Shown here in pieces: positions 46,151 through 56,633 of a stretch of DNA of 64,000 nucleotides. Position numbers and translations under genes: made by a program. Location of the stretch: the NCBI GenBank assembly GCA_963663965.2, contig CAXXFK010000028.1:320001-384000 (forward strand). Direction: 5' to 3'. The stretch is from Sedimentisphaerales bacterium. Its GTDB lineage: Bacteria; Planctomycetota; Phycisphaerae; Sedimentisphaerales; SM23-30. The notes beneath the pieces are model-generated. The model searched no databases. It was not told the DNA's origin and saw nothing but the letters and a program-made list of their open reading frames with translations. Each line of letters begins with the position of its first letter. The first letter of the stretch is position 1.

Positions 46151-47866
46151 ATGGATTTCCTGAAACGCGCAATTGAACAAATTAAAGCCCAGCTGAAAAA
46201 TCTGACGCTCAGTCAGAAAATGGTGCTGGCCTTGCTGATGGTTATTATGGCCATGGCCATCTTCTGGATGACCCAGTATTCATCCCGTCAGGAGATGGTC
46301 CCGCTGGTCAATCAACAATTGAGCGCCGAAGAACGTACCCGTATCGTCAATCGGCTTAATCAGCTCAATAAAGAATTTGTGGAAGAAGAAGGATTAATTA
46401 AGGTCGCGTTAACCGAACACCGTGATATCCTTGGATTCCTGGCTTCTGAAGAATTGCTGCCCGCGGACACCTCGGTCGGTTTCAATTTGCTTTTGGAAGA
46501 TGTCGATGTCTTTACCCCCGAATACGTCCACAACCAGAAGAAGGTCATCGCCCTCCAGATGGAACTGGCTTCCACGATTCAACATTTCCCCGGGGTTGCC
46601 AAAGCCAAAGTGTTTATTAATGAAGGTAACAAACGCCGCCTGAATAACATCCGGCCGATTGCGTCCGCCTCGGTTTCGGTTGAAACCAAATCCAATCATC
46701 GCCAGTCCATTAATCAAATGGCGGCTTCCATCGCGACGCTGGTCAGCGGCGCTGTCAACCAGATGCAGCGTGAAAACGTGACGGTCGTTATTAATGGCAA
46801 CCATATCCCCATTGCACCCGAGGGTGAGGAATTGACCTCGGAATATATCGAAAATCTGGTCTCCTCGGAAAAACGCTATCGCGAAAAAATCCTGGATATC
46901 CTGGCTATCGACAACGCGCTAGTTCAGGTTGACCTGATCGTGACCCGCTCTAAAACCGAAACAAAGACCACCCGCTATCTCGAAGAGGGAGACGGTACGA
47001 TTACCTTGATAAACAATAAAACCACCCGTGAAGACTCTTCTCAGAATAGCCAGGCCAATAATGAACCGGGAATTGTGGCTAATAATTCGGAACCCGCCGC
47101 CTCGCCGCCCGGTACGTCCAATTCCGAGACCTCCGAAGAATCCACGCTCGAAAATGAAAATTATGCCGGCCGTAAGGATGAATTCATTTTTACCCCTCAC
47201 GGTGAAATTCCCAAGAAAGATCGCACGGCATCCATTAGCATTCCCTGGGATTATTTTGAAGGGATCGCCGCGATCAAGCTCAGCAAGCCTCAGGGCCAAA
47301 AACCCACCTTCGATGAAGTCGAAGGGATAATGACCGCCGAGATCGCCAACCTGAAAAGTCGGATCCTGCCGGTTTTGGGGCTGAAAGAAACGGAATACCC
47401 GGATAATGTGGTGGTGGACTATTACTGGCCGGATGGCTTGTTGTCTGCCAATCTGGCGGGCCCGGCCGGAATGGCTGGTGGCCCCGGTTCCGCCGCACAA
47501 GCCGAAGCGGCCATGAGCGTTACCGGTCTGTTCGCCCGCTACGGCAAAGAGATCGGTGTCTCGGCGCTGGCCCTTATCTCGCTCTTTATGGCCCTGATGA
47601 TGGTTCGCAGAGCCTCCGGTCCGGTTGAAGTGACCCTGGAAGAAAAAGAAGAATTGCTTCAGGGTGAAGCGCCGCCTGATGCCCTCAGTGTCGAAGATGG
47701 TAATATCTATGATGAAGGCGAAGATGGCGGCCTGCTGAGTGGTTTCGAACTGGGCGAAGATGCCATTCGGTCTCAGCGAATACTCGAACAGATACGCACG
47801 CTGGTTACTGAACAGCCGGAAATGGCCGCCAAATTGCTCACCAAATGGATTGTCAAGGATGATTGA
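46151..47866 (+). CDS. fliF: Flagellar MS-ring protein FliF
   Basis: Two TMs, ELASTI...V.KAKV, ASASVSV and C-terminal PEMAAKLLTKW; located between fliE and fliG. Confidence 0.88.
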   Translation: MDFLKRAIEQIKAQLKNLTLSQKMVLALLMVIMAMAIFWMTQYSSRQEMVPLVNQQLSAEERTRIVNRLNQLNKEFVEEEGLIKVALTEHRDILGFLASEELLPADTSVGFNLLLEDVDVFTPEYVHNQKKVIALQMELASTIQHFPGVAKAKVFINEGNKRRLNNIRPIASASVSVETKSNHRQSINQMAASIATLVSGAVNQMQRENVTVVINGNHIPIAPEGEELTSEYIENLVSSEKRYREKILDILAIDNALVQVDLIVTRSKTETKTTRYLEEGDGTITLINNKTTREDSSQNSQANNEPGIVANNSEPAASPPGTSNSETSEESTLENENYAGRKDEFIFTPHGEIPKKDRTASISIPWDYFEGIAAIKLSKPQGQKPTFDEVEGIMTAEIANLKSRILPVLGLKETEYPDNVVVDYYWPDGLLSANLAGPAGMAGGPGSAAQAEAAMSVTGLFARYGKEIGVSALALISLFMALMMVRRASGPVEVTLEEKEELLQGEAPPDALSVEDGNIYDEGEDGGLLSGFELGEDAIRSQRILEQIRTLVTEQPEMAAKLLTKWIVKDD

Positions 47867-47890
47867 TCTTGTTTAATCAGGAATTCAAAT

Positions 47891-48913
47891 ATGCCGGTAA
47901 GTGAAAGCTATAAAATTAACAGAGGATTACGAAAAGCCGCGATTGTGCTGCTTTCCGTCGGTCAGGATGTGGGTTCGTCGATTATTCCCTACCTCAATCG
48001 GGATCATATCGAAGATGTCTCCAAAGTGCTCGCCGAAATCGAAGGCGTGAACGCTGATGAGCAGATGTCTGTGCTGGAAGAATTTTACAATCTGGCGCTG
48101 GCGCAGAGTTATATCGAACAGGGTGGCCTGACGTATGCCCAGGCCTTGCTGCAGAAGAGCCTCAAACCCGAAGAAGCCGAAGAAATTATCAAGCAGGTTA
48201 CCCAGTCGATCCAGCGCACGCCCTTCCAGTTCCTGCTCAAAACCGACGCCGAAAACGTGCTGACCTTTATTCAGGATGAGCATCCGCAGACCATCGCCCT
48301 GATTCTGTCCCATTTACAGCCCGAAAAATCCGCTGAAATTATCTCCGGCCTGAACCAACAGAAACAGGTTGAGGTTATCAAACGGATTTCGGCCATGGAT
48401 CAGACCAATCCTGAGGTTATCCGGGAAGTGGAACGGGGGTTGGAACATCGGCTAAGTGAAATCGTCTCCCAGACTTTCGAAAAAGCCGGGGGCGTCGAAG
48501 CGGCCGCCGAAATGCTCAACCTGTCCGACCGGTCCACCGAAAAGAGTATCCTCGAAGCGCTCGAAACCGAAGATCCCGACCTGGTCGAACAGATTCGTCG
48601 GCTCATGTTCGTCTTCGAAGATATCCTCCTGGTCAACGACAAAGGGATTCAGGCTGTCCTCAAGGAAGTCGACAACGACGAACTGGCCCTCGCGCTCAAG
48701 ACGGCCAGCGAAGATCTCAAGAACAAGATCTTCCGCAATATGTCCGAACGGGCCGCCGAATTGATCAAGGAAGATATGGAATACATGGGGCCGGTACGCC
48801 TTAGCGATGTCGAAGTCGCCCAGCAGAAGATCGTCGATGTGGTCAGGCGCCTGGAAGACGCCGGCGAATTGATTATCGCCGGCCGGGGCGGCGATTCCGA
48901 GATGGTAGTTTGA
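47891..48913 (+). CDS. fliG: Flagellar motor switch protein FliG
   Basis: KAAIVLL, EHPQTIALIL, MFVFED, NMSERAA and GPVRLSDVE motifs. Confidence 0.97.
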   Translation: MPVSESYKINRGLRKAAIVLLSVGQDVGSSIIPYLNRDHIEDVSKVLAEIEGVNADEQMSVLEEFYNLALAQSYIEQGGLTYAQALLQKSLKPEEAEEIIKQVTQSIQRTPFQFLLKTDAENVLTFIQDEHPQTIALILSHLQPEKSAEIISGLNQQKQVEVIKRISAMDQTNPEVIREVERGLEHRLSEIVSQTFEKAGGVEAAAEMLNLSDRSTEKSILEALETEDPDLVEQIRRLMFVFEDILLVNDKGIQAVLKEVDNDELALALKTASEDLKNKIFRNMSERAAELIKEDMEYMGPVRLSDVEVAQQKIVDVVRRLEDAGELIIAGRGGDSEMVV

Positions 48914-48937
48914 TAACCTGATAGGATTTCTGATAGT

Positions 48938-49693
48938 ATGTCCGTTGTAAAAGCCAGACAATTTAATGAAAGCCGCGATAAGAAAGAGGTTTTTAACCTC
49001 AAGGATGTCGCCATTGAAGCGCGTGAAATGATCCGGGCCGCTCAGGAAGAGAGCGAGCGGATTGTGCGTGAAGCCAAAGAGACCATGGCGCGCGAAACGA
49101 AGGAACTGAAAGAGCGCACGCAAAAAGAGGCGTATGAAAAAGGCTATCAGGATGGCATGACCAGGGGATTGGAAGATGGCGCTAAAAAAGGATACGAAGA
49201 CGCCAGCGCCCAGACGCTTAAGGAAAGCCGGGAAGCCTTTGCCCAGGCTGGCGAAAAAACCCTGACCGCCCTGAAACAAACCCTCACGGAATTCGATCAG
49301 ATTAAACAGCAACTCATCTGGCAGGCGGAACAGGCCATGGTGGTGCTCGCCTTGAATATCGCCGAAAAAGTCATCGGCAAAACCATTGCCCATGATCCTG
49401 AAGTTGCCGTACGCAATCTTAAACAGGCCATGGAACTGGTGTCCCGGACTTCCGATGTGGTCATTCATCTTAATCCCACCGATATCGCGCACCTGCGCCA
49501 CATGAAGGAGTTGGGGGATGATATCCTCGGGGCTTTTGAACGGATTCGCCTGCAGATCGATGAAACCGTGGAACAGGGGGGATGTTTGATACGTACCCTG
49601 GATGGTGAAATTGACGCCGGTATCGAAACCCAGATTACCCGCATTGCGGATGAATTGATCATGACTCCAGACAAACTGAAGGATGAAGAATAA
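48938..49693 (+). CDS. fliH: Flagellar assembly protein FliH
   Basis: GxxxG repeats (GYQDG, GLEDG, GYED), IHLNPTD and GGCLIRT..GEIDA. Confidence 0.92.
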   Translation: MSVVKARQFNESRDKKEVFNLKDVAIEAREMIRAAQEESERIVREAKETMARETKELKERTQKEAYEKGYQDGMTRGLEDGAKKGYEDASAQTLKESREAFAQAGEKTLTALKQTLTEFDQIKQQLIWQAEQAMVVLALNIAEKVIGKTIAHDPEVAVRNLKQAMELVSRTSDVVIHLNPTDIAHLRHMKELGDDILGAFERIRLQIDETVEQGGCLIRTLDGEIDAGIETQITRIADELIMTPDKLKDEE

Positions 49694-49699
49694 CGGTTA

Positions 49700-51064
49700 A
49701 TGATGCCAACTGCAACATCGACAAATTGGTCCCAGCGAATCGCCTCCGTGCGGCATACCCTCACCCAGCGCCTCAGTGGCAGGGTTCGCTCGCTGACCGG
49801 GCTGACCGTCGAAGTGGCCCATTTTCCGGCGCCGGTTGGCGGCCGCTGCACCATCACCACCCGCAACCGGGGGCCGATCAAAGCCGAAGTCATTGGTTTT
49901 CGGGGGGATGTTTCGTTATTGATGCCGCTGGGGGAAATGCATGGGATCGCCGCCGGGGATCTGGTCGTTTGCGATCGGAGTCAGACCACCATTCCCGTCA
50001 GCGAACATATGCTGGGTCGGGTGATCAACGCCGATGGATTCCCCATGGATGGCGAAGGGCCGTTGATGTGTCAGGTCCGTCGTCCGGTGGATGCCGAACC
50101 GCTGCGTCCGCTGGAACGGGCCCGTATCGATCAGCCGATCGGGACCGGCGTGCGGGCCATTGATACCATGATGGCCTGCGGTTGTGGCCAGCGAATGGGC
50201 ATTTTCAGTGGTCCCGGTGTGGGCAAAAGTGTCCTGCTCGGAATGATCGCGCGCTATACCTCTGCCGATGTGAATGTCATCGCCATGGTGGGCGAGCGCG
50301 GCCGGGAAGTCCGTGAATTTATCGAACGGGATCTGGGACATGAAGGGCTGGCCCGTTCCGTCGTCGTGGTCAGCACCTCGGATGAATCCGCCCCCATGCG
50401 GGTTCGTGCCGGTTTTGTCGCCTGCACCATTGCCGAATATTTCCGTGACCGGGGCGCCAATGTCCTGATGCTCATGGATTCCGTGACTCGTATCGCCATG
50501 GCGCAGCGTCAAATCGGGCTGGCCGTGGGCGAACCGCCCGCCACCAAGGGCTATACCCCCAGTGTCTTTGCCATTCTGCCCCGCCTGCTCGAACGGTGCG
50601 GTCGCGGACTCAACGGCAGCATTACCGGATTTTTCACCGTGCTGGTCGAGGGCGATGACCTCACTGAACCGGTTTCCGATGCCATGCGGGGTATTCTTGA
50701 CGGCCATCTCTGGCTGTCCCGTGACCTGGCCAATCGCGGCCATTATCCCGCCATTGATATCCTCGAGAGCATCAGCCGGGTTATGCCCGATATTACGTCC
50801 CTCAAACACCAGCAGGCCGCGCGCGCCATTACCCGCCTGACCGCCGTCTATCGCGATATTGAAGACCTGGTCAATATCGGGGCTTACGCCACCGGCGCCA
50901 ATCCCGAATACGATATGGCCGTCAAAATGCGAACCCCGATTGTCAACTTTCTGCAACAGGGCATCAAAGATCGCGTTTCCCAGCCCGAAGCGGTGGATCA
51001 ATTGCTCGATCTGGTTAAAAGCATGCAAAAGGATAATAAAAAAACGCAAACCGCCGCCCGTTAG
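49700..51064 (+). CDS. fliI: Flagellar export ATPase FliI
   Basis: GQRMGIFSGPGVGKS, GERGREV, MDSVTR, GEPPATKGY and ILDGH motifs. Confidence 0.96.
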   Translation: MMPTATSTNWSQRIASVRHTLTQRLSGRVRSLTGLTVEVAHFPAPVGGRCTITTRNRGPIKAEVIGFRGDVSLLMPLGEMHGIAAGDLVVCDRSQTTIPVSEHMLGRVINADGFPMDGEGPLMCQVRRPVDAEPLRPLERARIDQPIGTGVRAIDTMMACGCGQRMGIFSGPGVGKSVLLGMIARYTSADVNVIAMVGERGREVREFIERDLGHEGLARSVVVVSTSDESAPMRVRAGFVACTIAEYFRDRGANVLMLMDSVTRIAMAQRQIGLAVGEPPATKGYTPSVFAILPRLLERCGRGLNGSITGFFTVLVEGDDLTEPVSDAMRGILDGHLWLSRDLANRGHYPAIDILESISRVMPDITSLKHQQAARAITRLTAVYRDIEDLVNIGAYATGANPEYDMAVKMRTPIVNFLQQGIKDRVSQPEAVDQLLDLVKSMQKDNKKTQTAAR

Positions 51065-51088
51065 CCGGTTTGCCATGAAAGATAGAAC

Positions 51089-51556
51089 ATGAAAAAGTTT
51101 GATTTTCGATTACAACCTGTGCTGGACCTGAGAAAAATCGAGGAAGAGCAGAAAAAACGCAATGTGGGCGTGCTCCAAACTCAGATTAACGCCTGCCAGC
51201 AGGAAGCGATCGAATTTTCCGACCAGATCAAACTGCAAGGCTTGATGCTCAAGGAGGATATGATCAAGGGCGATATTGATCGGCGCCAGATCGCCTATTA
51301 TCAAGGGTATGTGACGGCCATGCGTAAACGGATCGCTGAACGCATCGAACGGGTGCGGGAAATTCAAAAGGATTTGATCGTGGCGCGTGAGGAATATACC
51401 CGCGCCGCGCGACGGACCAAAGTCATGGAAAAATTGAAAGAGCGGCGCAAAGAACGCTACGATTCCGAACTGAAACGGATTGAAATCCGTCAGAACGATG
51501 AAATGGGACAGAACCTGTTTCTGCGTAACCGCAACAGGGATCTGACCGAAGGTTGA
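51089..51556 (+). CDS. fliJ: Flagellar export protein FliJ
   Basis: MKKFDFRLQPVLDLR N-terminus, EKLKERR and 'DE' tail; follows fliI. Confidence 0.9.
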   Translation: MKKFDFRLQPVLDLRKIEEEQKKRNVGVLQTQINACQQEAIEFSDQIKLQGLMLKEDMIKGDIDRRQIAYYQGYVTAMRKRIAERIERVREIQKDLIVAREEYTRAARRTKVMEKLKERRKERYDSELKRIEIRQNDEMGQNLFLRNRNRDLTEG

Positions 51557-51563
51557 TTGATTC

Positions 51564-52205
51564 ATGAAAAAAATATTGTTCGCCATCTTGTTTGTTTTTC
51601 TCCTGCTCAACCTGGTTGGCATGATTGCCATCTTGAGCTATGGGCTGGCCACCGGCCGGTTCGACCGGGAAAAAGTTGAACAATATTCCGCGACCTGGCG
51701 TGGCGAAAAACTGGTCCCCTTTGTCGAAGATGTTCAAGCGGAAGAAAAACAGGACCAACCCCGGGATTCGCAGGCGCGCATCGAACAGACCCAGATCCAG
51801 CGCGAAATTGTTGACCGGGAATTACAAAAACAAATTGAACTGCTGCGGAGCATGCAGGTAACGATCGCGGAGGCGAGAGCAAAGCTGGATTCCGAGCTGA
51901 AGGCTTTGCAGGGACGTCAGCAGGAGTTTGACACCAAGCTGGCGGCCCATAATAAGGCGACGGGTAATGAGGGATTTCAAAAGGCGCTGAAAAGTTATTC
52001 TGCCATGAAACCCAAATCCGTTAAAGATGATCTGATGGCAATGACCGATGAAGAGGCGATCCGTTACCTGGCCGCTATGAAATCGACCGTTGCGACGGAT
52101 GTTCTCGACCAGTTCCGTACACCCCAGGAACTGGAAAAACGCCTGCGTCTTATGCAAATGCCTCAACGATTACAACAAAATCGAACTGACTTCGACAGCA
52201 GGTAG
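51564..52205 (+). CDS. MotE/FlbB/YlxF-like flagellar protein (TM, coiled coil, MgtE-N-like domain)
   Basis: N-terminal TM, coiled coil and 'YSAMKPK' motif; occupies the fliJ-fliK slot of flbB/ylxF. Confidence 0.65.
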   Translation: MKKILFAILFVFLLLNLVGMIAILSYGLATGRFDREKVEQYSATWRGEKLVPFVEDVQAEEKQDQPRDSQARIEQTQIQREIVDRELQKQIELLRSMQVTIAEARAKLDSELKALQGRQQEFDTKLAAHNKATGNEGFQKALKSYSAMKPKSVKDDLMAMTDEEAIRYLAAMKSTVATDVLDQFRTPQELEKRLRLMQMPQRLQQNRTDFDSR

Positions 52206-52213
52206 GGTGAACT

Positions 52214-53953
52214 ATGGCGACAGAGTATAATATGTCAACTCAAGCAATAAAAAAAACGCCCAATGCCGATTTCATGGATGTGCGGGCCACAATGCGCCGC
52301 AACACCGATACGAATTTCGGCGATTATATGGATCAGGCCATCGGGCAGATCGAACCCCAGCCCCGGCGTAATCCGCAACCAAGCGAATCCGTGAACCGTA
52401 ACGAAAAACGGTCGGACACCCCCGAGCCCCAGCCGCCGGACAAGGCCGCGAAATCCGATCAAACCGAAAATGCCAACAGTGATAATACGGTGGATGAAAA
52501 CACGCCCGTTTCCGAAACCGCTCCGGTTGAAACTTCGGAATCCACCGGCGAGCCGGGGGAGGACGCGTCAAATGAAACGACTGCCGAGACGGGTGGGACT
52601 TCCGATGGCGAAAACGTTTCCGATGTGGAATCGGACCAGGCTGAGAATAGCGTGGTCATAATCGTAACGGCGGATCTGGCTGCCCGGACGGATGGGAGGG
52701 AAGACCAGCCGCAACCGGTTCAGCAAACCGCATCCGCCCGGCCGGATGAAGTGCTCGGGATGAATGAAAATTCACAAACCGTGATTCAATCCGATAAAGT
52801 GAATGCCACGCCGGTGATGACGGTCGAAACGAATCCGGCTCAGGCTGCGGTTTCTGATAAACCAGCGCAGACCGGCTCCGATACGACGCGGGCTCAGCGG
52901 GGGGACACCGAGGTCCGGACCACGGCTCAGCATCAGAATCCTCTGGTGGAATCCTCCACGGAGCAGGCCGGCGCCCAACAGCCGCAAACCCAATCAAACA
53001 ACGAAAATCGTACGACCGCAGACAACCTGCTTGAGCCGGTCCAATCCCAGGAGAAAACCGATGTCAGTCAGGAGCCGGCCGAATCGGAGGCTCAAACGGT
53101 GGAGCATAGAATCCCGTCGAAAAAAGAACAGCTCGCCGATAATCGAGAAATCGAAGACCCGCGTATGAGCCTGGCCGATCGGAAAAAACAAATGATTCTG
53201 GATGAGGGCAGAAATCTGCCGGCGAATACCCGGATGGCCAATAGTGAAATGGCCGTTGACCAGACCGTCAAAATCGCTGTGCAGACCGGGCCGGAACGCA
53301 ATATCCAGACTTCCGAAACGGAGGCGGTTGTCAATCCGGGAGTCAAGGCTGACTCGACTGAAACCATCGCCCTGCCTAAAACGCTCGCCGTCGAAAAACC
53401 CGCTGCTGAGGCGGTCGATCTGACCAGAAATGTAGAAGAAATTGTCAAATCGGTTCGTACCATGATAGGCCGCAACCAATCCGTGGTGCAAATGCGGCTG
53501 GATCCGCCTGAACTGGGAGCGCTTCGCATCGAAATTAAAATGGATGCCAACGGTCTCAATCTGCAAATGCAGACCGGCAACGTCCGGACCCAGCAGCTGC
53601 TGCAACAGAATGCCCAGGAGCTTAAAGCGGCCCTCGAAGCCAGTGGGATTCAGACCGGGCAAATCGATATCCAGTTAAAACTCGATCTGAAAAATAGTGA
53701 TACACAGGGGCGTTCTGACAACCCCTCGCAATTTAACCAGCAAAATAACCGGCAGGATGCCAACGGATTCCAGCAGGAATTCCATTCCAGTTATCGCCAG
53801 GATTATAACCTGGCCGGTTTCGATGACGATTTCTGGGAAGAAGATTTCCCCGCGATCGAAACCACTATTCCGGCGGACGTTTCCACCGAAGTCGCCTCTC
53901 GAACGGACCGGTTCCGGGAGTGGCAGTATTCCAGTTTAAATGTAGTGGTATAA
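52214..53953 (+). CDS. fliK: Flagellar hook-length control protein FliK
   Basis: Low-complexity N-terminus followed by the T3S4 motif MRLDPPELGALRI...LKAALEASG. Confidence 0.9.
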   Translation: MATEYNMSTQAIKKTPNADFMDVRATMRRNTDTNFGDYMDQAIGQIEPQPRRNPQPSESVNRNEKRSDTPEPQPPDKAAKSDQTENANSDNTVDENTPVSETAPVETSESTGEPGEDASNETTAETGGTSDGENVSDVESDQAENSVVIIVTADLAARTDGREDQPQPVQQTASARPDEVLGMNENSQTVIQSDKVNATPVMTVETNPAQAAVSDKPAQTGSDTTRAQRGDTEVRTTAQHQNPLVESSTEQAGAQQPQTQSNNENRTTADNLLEPVQSQEKTDVSQEPAESEAQTVEHRIPSKKEQLADNREIEDPRMSLADRKKQMILDEGRNLPANTRMANSEMAVDQTVKIAVQTGPERNIQTSETEAVVNPGVKADSTETIALPKTLAVEKPAAEAVDLTRNVEEIVKSVRTMIGRNQSVVQMRLDPPELGALRIEIKMDANGLNLQMQTGNVRTQQLLQQNAQELKAALEASGIQTGQIDIQLKLDLKNSDTQGRSDNPSQFNQQNNRQDANGFQQEFHSSYRQDYNLAGFDDDFWEEDFPAIETTIPADVSTEVASRTDRFREWQYSSLNVVV

Positions 53954-53974
53954 TAGGATAATAAGGAAACATAA

Positions 53975-54787
53975 ATGAGTACAGCGGCAGTAAGTTCCAG
54001 CAGCGCCGTCACGACCTCGAGTACCGGTAAAGAATCCCAGGTGCTCTCCAGTGATGAGTTCCTGCAGCTGATGATTACGGAACTGACCAATCAGGATCCC
54101 ATGGAACCGATGAGCAACCAGGAACTGCTCAATCAGATGGCCACCATCCAGAAGCTGGAGTCGGACCGGATGATGACCAATTCCTTCGAGCAGTTGATGG
54201 ACAAGTTCAACGGCCTGATCGATCGTGAAACCCTCAGCACCGCCACGCGCATGATCGGCGAACTGGTCTCCGGCACCGATGTCAACGGCCAGTATACCAT
54301 GGGGCGCATCATCGCCGTCGGAATGGACAGCGATCAGATCCTCGTCGAACTCGATACCGGACAACAGATCGCCTGGGAAAATGTCTCACGGCTCGGCGGC
54401 AAGAGCCAGCAGGATCTCGTGGGCGAATTTATCATTGGCCGCTCACAGGATGGCGACCGGGTCGCCGGGACCATCGAAGCCGTTGAACTCGAAGAAGAGT
54501 CCGTGATCCTGCATGTTCGCCAGAACAACCTTGACGGCACGCCCGGCGAACTCACCCAGGTTAATTTGCAAAATGCCCGTATCCTGACCAGTGAGACTGC
54601 CGACCTGTTGATTGGACAGAATATTGTCGGCTATGACCAGAGTCAGAGCCAAGCCATCGCCGGAGAAGTCGATAGCGTTCAGTGGTCCGGCGAATCCGTT
54701 CTGCTCAACATTCTCAATAGCAATGGCGAGTCGCTGGGACAGGTTGCTCTGCAAAATATGATTGATATAACGAGTATGACACTCTAA
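53975..54787 (+). CDS. flgD: Flagellar hook capping protein FlgD with an extended C-terminus
   Basis: FLQLMITELTNQDPMEPM motif; three tandem C-terminal beta modules. Confidence 0.9.
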   Translation: MSTAAVSSSSAVTTSSTGKESQVLSSDEFLQLMITELTNQDPMEPMSNQELLNQMATIQKLESDRMMTNSFEQLMDKFNGLIDRETLSTATRMIGELVSGTDVNGQYTMGRIIAVGMDSDQILVELDTGQQIAWENVSRLGGKSQQDLVGEFIIGRSQDGDRVAGTIEAVELEEESVILHVRQNNLDGTPGELTQVNLQNARILTSETADLLIGQNIVGYDQSQSQAIAGEVDSVQWSGESVLLNILNSNGESLGQVALQNMIDITSMTL

Positions 54788-54804
54788 AAACCGGAGAAAA
54801 TTAT

Positions 54805-56622
54805 ATGGGACTGACATCGTCATTATTCACCGGCCTGACCGGGATGAAAACCAACGAATTCCGTATGGATGTGATTGGTAATAACATTTCCAATGTGAAT
54901 ACCTATGGCTATAAAGCCTCACGGGCCAGCTTTGCCACTCAGTTTTATCACACCCTGAGTTTTGGCTCGGCGCCCGCCGGGGCCCTGGGCGGCACCAACC
55001 CCGTTCAGATCGGTACCGGTTCCCAGGTAGGGGGGGTGCTCCGCGATTTCAGTGAGGGCGCGCCCGAAACCACCGGGATCAAAACCGATATGGCCGTTCA
55101 GGGCGATGGCATGTTTATTCTGGAACGACCCGATGGCGGTTATACTTATACCCGCGATGGTTCCTTTCAGTTCAACTCGGAAAATTACCTGATCTCCGCC
55201 GATGGCTATTTCCTGCAGGGCTATTCCGTCGATGACAACTTTAATGTCGTCGAAGGCTCCCTTACCCCCTTGCGGATTCCGCTGGGCGAAATCACCACCG
55301 CCGCCACTTCCTCTTATGCCAGCTTTGATGGCAATCTCAATGCCAATGGCGCTGCGGCCGTCGATTGGGATTCAACCAGTGGCGCTTATCAGCTTGCCGG
55401 CAATGGTAATATCCGCACCATCCTTTACAGCCAGGACCTGAATGACGCCGGCGGCAATATCTCAAGTGCGACGTTGCTGACCAATCTGGGCAATGACGCG
55501 ACAGCCGCTGATAACGGCGTCTTTCTCGAAGAGGGCAACATCATCAAGCTCGATTACGCCATCAAGGGGGGCCAGACCCTCTCGCCTCGCACCTTCGAAG
55601 TAACCGCCACCTCCACCCTGGGTGAATTGGTAACCTGGCTCGAAGGGGTGCTCGGTATCAACAGTTCATCTGAATTGATGGATCTCGATAATGATGGTGT
55701 CGAAGATACCTATGATGTCGATAGTGACGGTACCAATGATCCTCCCGGTATTGTTCTCGAGGGGAATAAGATCCGCATAATTGGCAATATTGGTGACCAT
55801 AATGAATTGGTGTTAACAAATAAAGCGATTAAAGTGGAACAGGGCTCGGCTGCCAACGAACCAATTGGCGATATTCTGCCCTTGACTTTCGCGGTTCCCG
55901 ATGGCTTTGTGCAGGACTCCGTCGAAAGCGTTCGCACCTCCTTCCGGGCCTATGATTCCCTCGGTAATCCGATGGATATTCAGATTACCCTGGCCATGCA
56001 GCGCAAAAGCAATAACGGAATCACCTGGCGCTACTTCGCCGAAAGCGCCGCCGATACCGATACCAGCCGCGTTCTGGGAACGGGTACCATTACCTTCGAT
56101 TCCAGCGGCAGCTACCTGGAAGGTTCCGGCCTGACCATCGAAGTGGACCGCGATTATACCGGCGCGACCACCCCCCAGGCTATCGCCCTGGATTTCAGCC
56201 AGATGGATGGCTTCCAGATGAAAACCAGCGCCTTGTCGCTGCTCAGTCAGGATGGCTTCCAGTCCGGTACTCTCCAGGATTATTCCGTGGGGCCCGATGG
56301 TTCGATTACCGGATCGTTCTCCAACGGCCTGACCCGCCTGCTCGGACAGGTCGTCCTGGCCACCTTCCGCAATCCCACCGGCCTGATCGCCGATGCCGGT
56401 AACAACTATATCACCGGCCCTGATTCCGGCGATGCCATCCTTAAAAAACCTCAGGAAATGAGCGCCGGCACCATTAATGCCGCCGCGCTCGAACTGAGTA
56501 ACGTGGACTTGAGCCGGGAATTTATCAATCTGATCATTACCAGTACCGGGTTCTCGGCCTCCTCGCGTGTGATTCAGACCAGCGATCAGCTGCTCACCGA
56601 ATTGATGATGCTGACCAGATAA
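54805..56622 (+). CDS. flgE: Flagellar hook protein FlgE
   Basis: MDVIGNNISNVNTYGYK, YTRDGSF and LELSNVDLSREF motifs; 605 aa. Confidence 0.95.
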   Translation: MGLTSSLFTGLTGMKTNEFRMDVIGNNISNVNTYGYKASRASFATQFYHTLSFGSAPAGALGGTNPVQIGTGSQVGGVLRDFSEGAPETTGIKTDMAVQGDGMFILERPDGGYTYTRDGSFQFNSENYLISADGYFLQGYSVDDNFNVVEGSLTPLRIPLGEITTAATSSYASFDGNLNANGAAAVDWDSTSGAYQLAGNGNIRTILYSQDLNDAGGNISSATLLTNLGNDATAADNGVFLEEGNIIKLDYAIKGGQTLSPRTFEVTATSTLGELVTWLEGVLGINSSSELMDLDNDGVEDTYDVDSDGTNDPPGIVLEGNKIRIIGNIGDHNELVLTNKAIKVEQGSAANEPIGDILPLTFAVPDGFVQDSVESVRTSFRAYDSLGNPMDIQITLAMQRKSNNGITWRYFAESAADTDTSRVLGTGTITFDSSGSYLEGSGLTIEVDRDYTGATTPQAIALDFSQMDGFQMKTSALSLLSQDGFQSGTLQDYSVGPDGSITGSFSNGLTRLLGQVVLATFRNPTGLIADAGNNYITGPDSGDAILKKPQEMSAGTINAAALELSNVDLSREFINLIITSTGFSASSRVIQTSDQLLTELMMLTR

Positions 56623-56633
56623 TTTTAAATCCC

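Noticed and set aside
48452..51076. Long minus-strand ORFs (349 aa and 386 aa)
   Set aside because: They are antisense shadows of fliG/fliH/fliI caused by codon bias; the same applies to 55813..56685 and 57574..58551.
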